Source: Deinococcus sp. (GTDB lineage: Bacteria; Deinococcota; Deinococci; Deinococcales; Deinococcaceae). Taken from it: a stretch of 64,000 nt of DNA. Made by a program: the position numbers and the translations under genes. Of the stretch, positions 52,020-64,000 are shown one piece after another (the first letter of the stretch is position 1; every line of letters begins with the position of its first letter). Under the pieces are notes generated by a model. That model made no database searches. It was not told where the DNA came from and was given only the letters and a program-made list of their open reading frames with translations. The stretch is from NCBI GenBank assembly GCA_965261005.1, contig OZ253375.1:1504001-1568000 (forward strand), in the 5' to 3' direction.

Positions 52020-52867
52020 ATGCAACCTCCCCAACTCCCCGAACCCCAGTTTGCCAACGTCGGCGGGCGGCGCCTCGCCTACGACGAGGTGACGCCACAA
52101 CACCCGAAGGGCACCATCTTGCTGCTGACCGGCTTGGGCGGCAAGCGCCTCGGTTGGGTGCGGCAGCTGCCGGTCTTCGGGCAGACTTACCGCACCCTCG
52201 CGATGGACCACCGCGACGTGGGCGACAGCGACCCTTACGGGGAGTCGTACACGGTGGGGGACCAAGCGGACGACGCGGCGGCCCTGCTGCGCGCCCTGAG
52301 CGCCGCCCCGGCGCACGTCGTCGGCATCAGCATGGGGGGCATGATCGCGCTGAACCTCGCCGCGCGGCACCCTGAGTTGGTGAGGAGCTTGGTGCTGGTC
52401 GCCACCTCGGCGGGCGGGGCAACCCACGTCGGCCCCACGCCAGAGGCGGCGGCGGTGCTGCGGCCCGACCCAGGCGCGGAAATCGGCGAGCGCGCCGCGC
52501 GGACCTACCGCACCATCACCGCGCCGGGCTACCTGGACGCCCACCCCGAGGAGGCCGAGCTGATCGCGCGGGCCGCGCGCCACAAGCCCATGAGCCTGGA
52601 CAGCTACACCCGCCAGTACGGCGCGGTGATGTCGCACGACGTCACGGCCCAGCTGCCCAACCTTCATATCCCCACGCTGGTCGTCCACGGCGACGCCGAC
52701 CCGCTGGTGCCGCCGGGCAACGGCTACCACCTCGCCAGGGAGATTCCGGGGGCCAAGCTGATCATCTATAGCGACACCGGCCACATTCCCATCATGGAGC
52801 GGGCGGAGGACTTCAACCGCGACGTGCTGGCGTTTATTGACCGGGAAAACGGCAGGCGGGAGAACGC

Positions 52868-52871
<4 letters not shown>
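52020..52871 (+). CDS. Alpha/beta hydrolase
   Basis: GISMGG nucleophile elbow, GDAD, GH. Confidence 0.92.
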
Positions 52872-53640
<769 letters not shown>

Positions 53641-53644
<4 letters not shown>

Positions 53645-54135
53645 CGGAGACCCCCCTCACCCCCCAACCCCCTCTCCCGCAGGGGGAGAGGGGGAGCTTA
53701 AAAGAACTGCGCGCCCGTGTCGGGCGGGAAGTCGGCGTGAGCGAATGGTTTCAAGTCACGCAGGACGTAGTGAACCGGTTCGCGGACGCCACGGGAGATG
53801 ACCAGTTCATTCACGTGGACCCGGAGCGAGCGGCCCAGACGCCCTTCGGCGGCCCCGTCACGCACGGCTTTCTGACGCTCTCGCTGCTGGCCGGGCACCT
53901 GAGCTTGGGAGGCGCGCTCGACCTCGGCGGGCGCATGACCGTGAACTACGGCCTGAACAAGGTGCGCTTTGTCTCCCCGGTCCGCGTGGGCGCCCGCGTG
54001 CGCGGCCGCGCCGAGCTGCTGAGCATTGAGGATGGGAACGGCTGGGCGCAGCTGACGCTGAGGCAGACCGTGGAGATCGAGGGAGAGGAGAAGGTGGCCT
54101 TGGTCGCGGAGACGATCATGCGGACGTATTTTTAA
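53641..54135 (+). CDS. MaoC family dehydratase
   Basis: FADATGDDQFIHVD, HGFLTLSL, NYGLNKVRF; ATGA overlap with SDR stop. Confidence 0.92.
53651..53697. repeat. REP-like palindrome inside the MaoC 5' coding region
   Basis: CCCCCCTCACCCCCCAACCCCCTCTCCCGCAGGGGGAGAGGGGGAGC. Confidence 0.75.
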
Positions 54136-54146
54136 AAGGCAGGAAG

Positions 54147-54472
54147 ATGCTGCTCAAAGCTTGTTTGAACGGAAACCGCACGCGGCGGGAACATTCCGGC
54201 GTGCCGCAGACACCTCAAGACCCGACTTGGAGGCGCGCCGGCAGGCCATCACAAGTTGAAACGTCCAGCCGGATTTCGCGTCGGTCAACTTCTCCGAGCC
54301 GGACGCCGAGCACCTGCTGCACGGCTTCGACGTTGCCGCTTGGTCGCTGCTGGAATTCGCGGGGTTGCTGGGGTGCGACACCCGGGTTGGTCTGGAAGAC
54401 GTACTGACGCTGCCGGACGGACGACAAGCACAGGGCAACGCCGCGCTCGTTCGGGCCGCGCGGAACATCTGA
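54147..54472 (+). pseudogene. Beta-keto acid cleavage enzyme (BKACE/DUF849) pseudogene
   Basis: Frame 1 MLLKACLNGNR...HSGVPQTP; a second frame gives PDLEARRQAITS*NVQPDFASVNFSE...LLHG...TRVGLEDVLTLPDG...NAALV; internal TGA at 54257. Confidence 0.82.
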
Positions 54473-54517
54473 GGCCGCCGCACGCATACTGGGAAAACAC
54501 CGCTCAAAAGGAGCCAC

Positions 54518-55788
<1,271 letters not shown>

Positions 55789-55792
<4 letters not shown>

Positions 55793-56559
55793 GGCTGCCG
55801 GGCAAAGTCGCCGTCGTGACCGGCGCGGCCTCGGGCATCGGCCTCGCGCTGGCGACCCGCTTCGTGACGGAGGGCGCGACCGTGATCGCCTCGGACCTGA
55901 ACGCCGAGCTGGGGGTACAGAGGGCGGGGGACATCGGGGCGCGCTTTGTGGCGGCCAACGTGGCGAGGAAAGAGGAGGTGGCGAACCTGGTGCGGGACGT
56001 GCTGGACCGCGAGGGGCGCCTCGACCTGTTCTGCTCGAACGCGGGCGTCGCCGTGGACGGCGGCGTGGACGCGCCCAACAAGGGGTGGCAGCTGAGCTAC
56101 GACGTGAACGTGATGGCCCACGTCTACGCGGCCCGGCACGCCTTGCCACACATGCTCTCTCGCGGCGAGGGCTACCTGCTGAGCACCGCCTCGGCGGCGG
56201 GCCTGCTGACCGAGGTCCACTCGGCCCCCTACGCCGTCAGCAAGCACGCCGCCCTCGCCTTCGCCGAGTGGCTGAGCGTCACCTATCAGGAGCAGGGCAT
56301 TCGGGTGAGCTGCCTGTGCCCCGAGGGCGTTTGGACGCCCATGATCGAGAACGCGCTGAGTTTGCAACAGACGGCCATCCAGCCGGAGGAGGTCGCCGAC
56401 ATGGTCGTGCAAGCTCTGGACGAGGAGCGCTTTCTGATCACCACCCACCCCACCACCCTGCCCGCCTTTCAGTTGAGGGCGCAGGACCACGAGGGCTGGC
56501 TGGCCCGCATGCGGGCGCACCGCGAGAGGGCGCTGGCGATGCAGGAGCCGCCCGAGTGA
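55789..56559 (+). CDS. SDR oxidoreductase
   Basis: [21 protein letters not shown] overlap. Confidence 0.93.
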
Positions 56560-57581
56560 GGGGGGACGCCGCCCCCATTCGCCCTGGGGAAGAGCTGGAC
56601 GTGGCGGCGCTGGGGGCCTTTCTGCACGAGGAGCTTGGCGCCACCACGCTGGACGTCGAGCAATTCCCCGGCGGGCACTCCAACCTGACCTACCTCCTCC
56701 GTTTAGACGGCCGGGACTTGGTGTTGCGCCGCGCGCCGATGGGGCCGGTGGCGCCAAAGGCGCACGACATGGTGCGGGAGTACCACCTGCTGGAGCGGGT
56801 TCACCCCCACTTCCCCGCCGCCCCAGAACCGCTGCTGCTGTGCGAGGATCCCGCGGTGATCGGGGCGCCGTTCTTCCTGATGGAGCGGCGGGAAGGCGTC
56901 ATTCTGCGCCGCGCGTTGCCGCCCCAATACGCGGGCGTGCCGGACCTCGGCGAGCGGGTCAGCCGCGCCTTGGTAGACGGGCTGGCCGCCCTGCATGGGG
57001 TAGACATCGTGGACAGCGGCCTGATCTCGCTGGGCAAGCCACAAGGGTTTCTGGAGCGGCAGGTCGAGGGCTGGGCCGGGCGCTGGGAGCGCGCGAAGGT
57101 CAAAGAGCTGCCGGAGATGGAGCGCGTGATCGCCTGGCTGCGCGACGGCCTGCCGCAGCCACAGGAGCCGGCCATCGTCCACAACGACTACAAGCTGGAC
57201 AACGTGATGCTGTCTCCCGACGACCCCGGCCAGATCGTGGCGGTGCTCGATTGGGAGATGGCGACGGTGGGCGACCCCCTGGTGGACCTCGGCCTCAGCC
57301 TGTGCTACTGGCAACAGCGCGGCGAGCCGTTCGGGGCGGAGGGCGGGCCGGGCTGGTTCTTACATGAGCAGTTCATCGCCCGCTACGCCGAAGAGTCCGG
57401 GCGAGACGTGTCGCGCGTGGCGTGGTACGAGGTGCTGGGCGCCTTTAAACTGGCCGTCATTTTGCAGCAGATCTTCTACCGCTACCACGCCGGGCAGACG
57501 CGCGATTCGCGCTTCGCCCAGCTCGACCGGCAGGTGGAGGCGATCCTGGGCATGGCGACCGGGCACATGGCGGCCCGTTGA
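56556..57581 (+). CDS. APH-family phosphotransferase, ACAD10/11 kinase-like
   Basis: QFPGGHSNLTY, AHDMVREY, HNDYKLDN, LDWEM, GDPLVDLG; GTGA overlap. Confidence 0.92.
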   Translation: MRGDAAPIRPGEELDVAALGAFLHEELGATTLDVEQFPGGHSNLTYLLRLDGRDLVLRRAPMGPVAPKAHDMVREYHLLERVHPHFPAAPEPLLLCEDPAVIGAPFFLMERREGVILRRALPPQYAGVPDLGERVSRALVDGLAALHGVDIVDSGLISLGKPQGFLERQVEGWAGRWERAKVKELPEMERVIAWLRDGLPQPQEPAIVHNDYKLDNVMLSPDDPGQIVAVLDWEMATVGDPLVDLGLSLCYWQQRGEPFGAEGGPGWFLHEQFIARYAEESGRDVSRVAWYEVLGAFKLAVILQQIFYRYHAGQTRDSRFAQLDRQVEAILGMATGHMAAR

Positions 57582-58297
57582 GCACCCTCACCCTGGTACG
57601 CCACGGGCAGGCCACCCCCTTCGAGGACGACCCCGACCGCCTCTCCCCCCTTGGCGAACGGCAGGCGCGGGCGCTGACCGAGTATTGGCTGGCGCGCGGC
57701 GTGACCTTCACGGAAGTTTATAGCGGTACCTTGGTTCGGCAACGCCGCACCGCCGAGGTGGTCGCGCGGACGTTTGGAGAGGCGGGCCGCCCCTTTCCAG
57801 AACTTCACCAAGACGCGCGCCTGAACGAGTACGACGTCGAGAGCGTTCTGCGCGGCTTTGCCTCCCAGCTGATCGAAACCAGCCCCGAGTTTGCCAAGCT
57901 TTGGCAAGCCAGCCAGACCCACAAAGATACGCCCGAGCGCAACCGTCACTTCCAGCGCATGCTCGAAGCCCTGATGGGCCGCTGGCTGGAAGCGAGCGAG
58001 GTCCCGGCCGGGGTGGAATCGTGGGGCATGTTCTCGGCGAGAACACAAGCCGTCTTCTCGGACATTCTGACGGCGCCCGGCTCCGGCCGCCGCGCCCTCA
58101 TCTTCACCTCGGGCGGCGTGATCGGCCGCGCGGTGCAGCTCGCCCTACGGGCGCCCGACGAAAGCGCCTTTGCGCTGAATTGGCGAATCAAGAACGCCTC
58201 GCGCACCGAGTTCACCTTTGGCGGCGGGCGGCTTTCGCTGGACGCCTTCAACGTCATGGGCCACTTGGAGGAGGAGGGGCTGGAGAGTTTCCGGTAA
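57578..58297 (+). CDS. Histidine phosphatase (phosphoglycerate mutase family)
   Basis: LVRHGQ, LVRQRRTA, LNEYD, FTSGG. Confidence 0.9.
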   Translation: MSTLTLVRHGQATPFEDDPDRLSPLGERQARALTEYWLARGVTFTEVYSGTLVRQRRTAEVVARTFGEAGRPFPELHQDARLNEYDVESVLRGFASQLIETSPEFAKLWQASQTHKDTPERNRHFQRMLEALMGRWLEASEVPAGVESWGMFSARTQAVFSDILTAPGSGRRALIFTSGGVIGRAVQLALRAPDESAFALNWRIKNASRTEFTFGGGRLSLDAFNVMGHLEEEGLESFR

Positions 58298-58300
58298 AAC

Positions 58301-58331
58301 AAAAAACCGGGAAACCTCTCGGCTTCCCGGT
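58301..58331 (-). terminator. Intrinsic terminator oriented for a minus-strand transcript
   Basis: Minus strand ACCGGGAAGCC-gaga-GGTTTCCCGGT-TTTTT; no T-tract on the plus strand. Confidence 0.85.
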
Positions 58332-58470
58332 CATTCAGCAGGCCACTGGAGTTGCACCAATCTACGCTCGTTCCCGCTCGCGCGCCCGTTTTTTAACGAG
58401 GTGGACGCTTCCCTATGCGCCGGCGGCGCTGTGCATGCCTCACGCTGCCGCGCCTCTGTCAAGGCCAACT
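58301..58470 (-). ncRNA. Candidate structured sRNA with tRNA-like acceptor/T-arm and pseudoknot
   Basis: TATACT -10 at 58480-58475, terminator at 3' end, no ORF; ATTGG-TGCAACT-CCAGT T-arm followed by GGCCTGC, which pairs with the 5' GTTGGCC. Confidence 0.6.
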
Positions 58471-58549
58471 AAGAAGTATATAGATTTTTCGTCTGAGAAA
58501 AGCGACAGAGGTCACGCTGATCGCCGCGTCTGCCCGCCGAGAATGCCGC

Positions 58550-59521
58550 ATGACCCTCACCGAACCGCTCGTCACGCTCACCGACATTCAGGCCGCCCAG
58601 GAGCGGCTGCGCGGCCTGATCTACCGCACGCCGCTGGTCCCCTTTCCCGGCGCGCTCGGCCTGCGCCTCAAGGCCGAGAGCTTGCAGCCGACCGGGGCCT
58701 TTAAGCTGCGCGGCGCCTTTAACGCCATCCTGAGCCTGACGGAAGCAGAGCGGGAGCGCGGGGTGGTGGCGCACTCCAGCGGCAACCACGCGCAGGCGGT
58801 GGCCTACGCGGCGCGCTCGCTCGGCGTGCGGGCCACCATCGTGATGCCGGAGAACGCGCCCCAAGTCAAGCTGGAGCGCACCCGCGCCCTCGGGGCGGAG
58901 GTCGTGCTGGTCGCGCCTTCCGGGGCCGCCCGCGCGGCAAAGACGGAGGAACTGGCCGAACAGTACGGCTACGTCCCCATTCCCCCCTACGACGACGCGC
59001 GCATCATCGCGGGCGCGGGCACCGCCGGTTTGGAAATTTTGGAGGACGCGCCGGATGTGGAGACCATCTTGGTGCCGATCAGCGGCGGGGGCCTGATCGC
59101 GGGCGTGGCGGCGGCCGTCAAGCGGACCAAGCCGGGGGCGCGCGTGATCGGCGTGGAGCCGGAACTGGCGGCGGACGCCCGGGCCAGCTTTTTGGCGGGG
59201 GCGCCGGTCGCTTGGGAGGCGCACGAGGTGGGCCGCACCCTGGCCGACGGGCTGCGGGTGCAGCAGCTCGGCGCCCTCAACTGGCCGCATGTGCGCGCCT
59301 TTGTGGACGACATCGTGACCGTGACCGAGGACGAACTGCGCGCGGCGGTGCGGCGTACGGCCCTGGAGGCGCGCCTCATCGCCGAGCCGAGCGGCGCGGT
59401 GACAGTCGCCGCCGCCCTGCGCGCGAACGCCTTGAGCGCGCATCAGTTTGGCGAGACGGTCGCCGTGCTCAGCGGCGGGACAGTTGACCCGGCGCTGCTG
59501 GCCGAAATACTGACGTCTTGA
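58550..59521 (+). CDS. PLP-dependent threonine/serine dehydratase (no ACT domain)
   Basis: KAESLQPTGAFKLRGA, SSGNHAQA, PISGGGL, EPSGA, LSGG. Confidence 0.92.
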   Translation: MTLTEPLVTLTDIQAAQERLRGLIYRTPLVPFPGALGLRLKAESLQPTGAFKLRGAFNAILSLTEAERERGVVAHSSGNHAQAVAYAARSLGVRATIVMPENAPQVKLERTRALGAEVVLVAPSGAARAAKTEELAEQYGYVPIPPYDDARIIAGAGTAGLEILEDAPDVETILVPISGGGLIAGVAAAVKRTKPGARVIGVEPELAADARASFLAGAPVAWEAHEVGRTLADGLRVQQLGALNWPHVRAFVDDIVTVTEDELRAAVRRTALEARLIAEPSGAVTVAAALRANALSAHQFGETVAVLSGGTVDPALLAEILTS

Positions 59522-59532
59522 CTTCGGGCGCC

Positions 59533-60102
59533 CTAGACCTTCGGCTCGATCAGGCCGTAGTTGCCGTCCTTGCGGCGGTACACCACCGCGCAGTGTTCGG
59601 TGGCGGCGTTCATAAAGACGTAGAAGTCGTGGTGCAGGGCGTCCATTTGTAGAGCGGCGTCCTCGGGGGACATGGGGCGCAAATCGAATTTCTTTTGGCG
59701 CACGATCTCGGGGACGGCGCTCACCCCGCCTGGCTCCAAGTCATCCTCCACAGGAGCGGCCACCATGCCGCCCGCGTCGTCCACGCTGGCGTCGTGGCGG
59801 TGGCGCAAGTGCTTGGTCTTGAACTTGCGCAGCTGCCGCTCCAACACGTCGCCGACCCGGTCAATGGCGGCGTACATATCGCTGTGGTGCTCCTCGGCGC
59901 GAATGATCCCGTGCGGCACGTTCAGCTGCACCTCCACCCGGTTGCGGCGCATGGTGTCGCGCACGTCACGCACCGTCAGGACGACCTTGGCGTCCGTGAT
60001 GTGGTCGTTGAAGCGCTCCAGCTTGGAGAGCTTGTGGTCCACGTAGGCGCGCAACGCGTCGGTGACGTCCAGGTTTCGGCCGGTCAGCTGGTAGATGTGC
60101 AT
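59533..60102 (-). CDS. hpf: Ribosome hibernation promoting factor (long HPF)
   Basis: GRNLDVTDALRAYV..KL, DMYAAID, LERQLRK; C-terminal PMSPEDAALQM...VVYRRKDGNYGLIEP; ATG 60102 with GGAGG. Confidence 0.95.
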   Translation of the reverse strand: MHIYQLTGRNLDVTDALRAYVDHKLSKLERFNDHITDAKVVLTVRDVRDTMRRNRVEVQLNVPHGIIRAEEHHSDMYAAIDRVGDVLERQLRKFKTKHLRHRHDASVDDAGGMVAAPVEDDLEPGGVSAVPEIVRQKKFDLRPMSPEDAALQMDALHHDFYVFMNAATEHCAVVYRRKDGNYGLIEPKV

Positions 60103-60203
60103 GTGAGACCTCCTGCCGGAGGCCGGCTGTTCGGTGCGTCTCCGGTAAGCCAGTATAGAACGCGCCGCCTCACCGCCCATCTGAACGAAAGTTGATCCAC
60201 CGT

Positions 60204-60899
60204 TTACCCAGGCTCGTTGAGAACCTTATCCGGCGTGTGAAGCACACGCTCCAAGCGACCGTCGAGCAGGTGCAGCACGCGGTCGGCACGCGCCGCGAGG
60301 CCGTCGTCGTGGGTGACCAACAGCACGCCCGCCCCCTGCGAGCGGGCCAGGTCCACCAGCAGGTCGGCCACCGCCCGCGCGTTGGCGCGGTCAAGGCTGC
60401 CGGTCGGCTCGTCGGCCAGCAAGACGGCCGGTTGGAGTGCCAGCGCCCGCGCCAAGGCCGCGCGCTGGCGCTCGCCGCCGGACAGCGAAAGCGGCGCCGA
60501 GTCGCCACGCGCTCCCAAGCCCACCGCGTCCAGCAGGTCGCGCGCCCGCCCACGGCCGTCGCGGCCCAGCACCAAGGCAGGCAGCGCCACGTTGTCGAGC
60601 ACGCTGAGGTCCTCAAGCAGGTAGTGGTGCTGAAAGACCAAGCCCACCCGGGCGGCGCGCAGCCGGGCGCGCGCCTCACCGCCCAAGTGGTCCACGCGCC
60701 GCCCACCCCAGCGAATCTCGCCGCCCTGGGGTTTATCCAGGCCGCCCAGCAGGTGCATCAGGGTGGACTTGCCGCTGCCCGAAGGCCCCGCCACCGCCAC
60801 CACCTCACCGCTGCCGACTTCCAAGCTCACCCCGTGTAATACCTGCACCGCGCCGTAGCGCATGCGGACGTTGTGGGCAGACAGGGCGGGCGCGCTCAT
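60204..60899 (-). CDS. ABC ATP-binding protein, LolD/MacB-like
   Basis: GPSGSGKST, LSGGERQR, LADEPTGSLD, VTHD; no permease adjacent. Confidence 0.9.
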   Translation of the reverse strand: MSAPALSAHNVRMRYGAVQVLHGVSLEVGSGEVVAVAGPSGSGKSTLMHLLGGLDKPQGGEIRWGGRRVDHLGGEARARLRAARVGLVFQHHYLLEDLSVLDNVALPALVLGRDGRGRARDLLDAVGLGARGDSAPLSLSGGERQRAALARALALQPAVLLADEPTGSLDRANARAVADLLVDLARSQGAGVLLVTHDDGLAARADRVLHLLDGRLERVLHTPDKVLNEPG

Positions 60900-61015
60900 G
60901 CACGGATGCTAGCGCACCTGACCTCACCAACTCGGCGCCTTGTTTTATACGTTGTTTTGTACGTTACGCCACGCCGCGTTTGGGTTTGTGCCCGGCGCCC
61001 TGTAGCATAAAGGTC

Positions 61016-61719
61016 ATGCTGCTTCGCGAAGCCTTGATTCGCTCTCCCCTGTTCAAGGACGTGCCGCCGGGCGCCATCGATCTGGCCGAGGGATCGGTGA
61101 CCCCGCGCACCTACCGCGGCGGCGAGGCGCTGGTGGCGCAGAATACCGAGGGAGAGACGCTGTACTTGGTCGCGCGTGGCCGGGCGCGGGTGTCGCGCGT
61201 CAGCGCCGCCGGCCGCGACCGGCTGTTGGGGTACCTGTACGCGCCCGCCGTCTTCGGCGACATCGCGGTGCTCATTCGCGGCGAGCGGCACGCCAGCGTG
61301 GTCGCGGACACCGAGCTGACGGCCCTGCTGCTGCACCGCGAGCAGTTCGAGCAATTGATCGCGCGCTATCCCAAGGTGCTGTGGAATTTGGCGGGCATTC
61401 TGGCCGACCGGGTGGCCTCGCTGAACGATGAGCTGATCGCCATTGGCATCAGCACCGAGGCGGCCATGGCCTACGTGTTCACGAATTTGTACCGCCAGCG
61501 CCAAGCGGCCGGCGAGCGCGCGCCCGCCGACTTACCGCTCAGCCAGCAGGACTTGATGCAGCGCCTCTCGGCCTCGCGCGAAACCGTATCGCGGGTGCTG
61601 CGCAAATTAGAACGAGAGGGGGTGGTGCGCGCCCTCGGCGGCGCCGTGCGCCTGCTCGACCTCGCGCGCCTCGACGCGCTGATTCACGGCCTCGAAGAGG
61701 AAGAGGAGACGGCCGAGCC

Positions 61720-61723
<4 letters not shown>
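61016..61723 (+). CDS. Crp/Fnr family transcriptional regulator
   Basis: cNMP-binding fold (FGDIAVL...RHASV), [20 protein letters not shown] -10 before ATG 61016. Confidence 0.92.
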
Positions 61724-62904
<1,181 letters not shown>

Positions 62905-62960
62905 AAACACCTCGGGGCGTGAAGGGGACAGACGAACGTTTGTTCTTGCCTCACATGCTA

Positions 62961-64000
62961 TCAAACAAAGGCGCTGAAACCCGTCACCGCCCGGCCGACC
63001 ACCAGGGTGTTGATCTCGTTGGTCCCCTCGTAGCTGTAGATGGCCTCGGTGTCGCAGAAGAAGCGCGCCATGTCGTGTTCGAGCAGAATGCCGTTGCCGC
63101 CCATCAATTCGCGGCCCAGCGCCACCGTCTCGCGGCAGCGCGCGGCGGTGAAGACCTTGGCGAGGCTGGCGTGCTCGTCGCGCATCTGGCCGGCGTCTTG
63201 TAGCTCGGCCAGGCGCAGGCACAAGGTTTGCATGGCGGTCAGGTTGCCCAGCATGTGGACCAGGTGGCTCTGAATCAGTTGGAAGTTGCCGATGGGCTTG
63301 CCGAACTGCTCGCGCGTCTGGGCGTACTTCAGCGCGCGCTCGTAGGCGCCCATCGCGCAGCCGACCCCTTGCCACGCGACGCCGGCGCGGGTGGCGCGCA
63401 GCACGTCGGCGGTCAGGCGAAAGGTGCCGGCGTTCTGAAGGCGGTCGCCTTCCGGCACGCGGCAATTCGTCAGGGTGATGTGGCCGTTTTCCACCATGCG
63501 CAGGGCGATCTTGCCGGTCATTTTTTCCACCGCGTAGCCGGGGTTACCCTTGCGGACGAGAAAGCCCTTGACCTGCCCGTCCGCCTCGTCGCGCGCCCAG
63601 ATCACCACCACGTCCGCGAAGGTCGCGTTGCCGATCCACTTCTTTTCGCCGTTCAGAATCCAGCCGTCGCCGTCGCGGCGGGCCGTGGTCGTCAGGCCGC
63701 CCGACGCCGCGCTGCCCACCTCCGGCTCGGTCAGGCCAAAGGCGCCGATGGCGTCCATCGAGAGCAACTTGGGAATCCACTCGCGCCGCTGCGCCTCCGA
63801 GCCGCCCAGCGCGATGGATTCGAGGGCCAGCCCCGCGTGGACGCCGAAAAAGGTGGCGGTCGAGACGTCCACCCGCGCCATCTCCATGGTCACCATCCCC
63901 TCCACCACGCTGGCGTCCGGCGTGCGGGTGCCGTCCGGGTTGTAGATCTCGCGTATCAGGTCGAGGTCGCGGAACTTGCCGATCAATTGTTTGGGAAACT
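62961..64000 (-). CDS. Acyl-CoA dehydrogenase, glutaryl-CoA dehydrogenase-like (partial, 5' end outside window)
   Basis: [32 protein letters not shown]. Confidence 0.9.
   Translation of the reverse strand, partial: FPKQLIGKFRDLDLIREIYNPDGTRTPDASVVEGMVTMEMARVDVSTATFFGVHAGLALESIALGGSEAQRREWIPKLLSMDAIGAFGLTEPEVGSAASGGLTTTARRDGDGWILNGEKKWIGNATFADVVVIWARDEADGQVKGFLVRKGNPGYAVEKMTGKIALRMVENGHITLTNCRVPEGDRLQNAGTFRLTADVLRATRAGVAWQGVGCAMGAYERALKYAQTREQFGKPIGNFQLIQSHLVHMLGNLTAMQTLCLRLAELQDAGQMRDEHASLAKVFTAARCRETVALGRELMGGNGILLEHDMARFFCDTEAIYSYEGTNEINTLVVGRAVTGFSAFV

Noticed and set aside
58340..58470. Lysine, preQ1-I or cobalamin riboswitch
   Set aside because: Only fragments match (AGAGGCGC; CCTCGTTAAAAAAC; GGGAA...GGTGCAACTCC), spacing and core motifs are wrong, and no same-strand gene follows the terminator

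Overview
A high-GC chromosomal window from a member of the Deinococcota, most likely Deinococcaceae. The assignment rests on 16S signatures, futalosine menaquinone genes, an HspR/HAIR-type operator and many apparently leaderless genes. Most of the window is housekeeping: dnaJ-like/grpE/dnaK divergent from ftsH, dps, an LptD-like/SpoIID envelope operon, ilvA, a stand-alone 16S rRNA gene with no linked 23S, wzz, a DUF1998 helicase, alaS, a two-component system, ferredoxin, tig, tRNA-Leu/His, prmC, mqnA/mqnE, an LCP protein and two subtilases. A sugar ABC cluster follows, then a long acyl-CoA catabolic cluster interrupted by TA genes, REP-like repeats and a BKACE pseudogene, then hpf, crp and two more acyl-CoA dehydrogenases. 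No CRISPR array, transposase or integrase was seen. The most notable unexplained features are: (1) a candidate ~170-nt non-coding RNA at 58301-58470 (-) with its own -10 and terminator, a tRNA-like acceptor/T-arm and a tmRNA-pk1-like pseudoknot; (2) a DUF1998 helicase carrying a PcrA/UvrD-type C-terminal Tudor-like domain; (3) an ACAD10/11 or lva-like kinase-dehydrogenase-phosphatase module; (4) an AT-rich membrane ORF inserted between dnaK and grpE; (5) a REP-like palindrome translated in-frame in a MaoC gene. All calls are from reading motifs by eye; no database searches were run.
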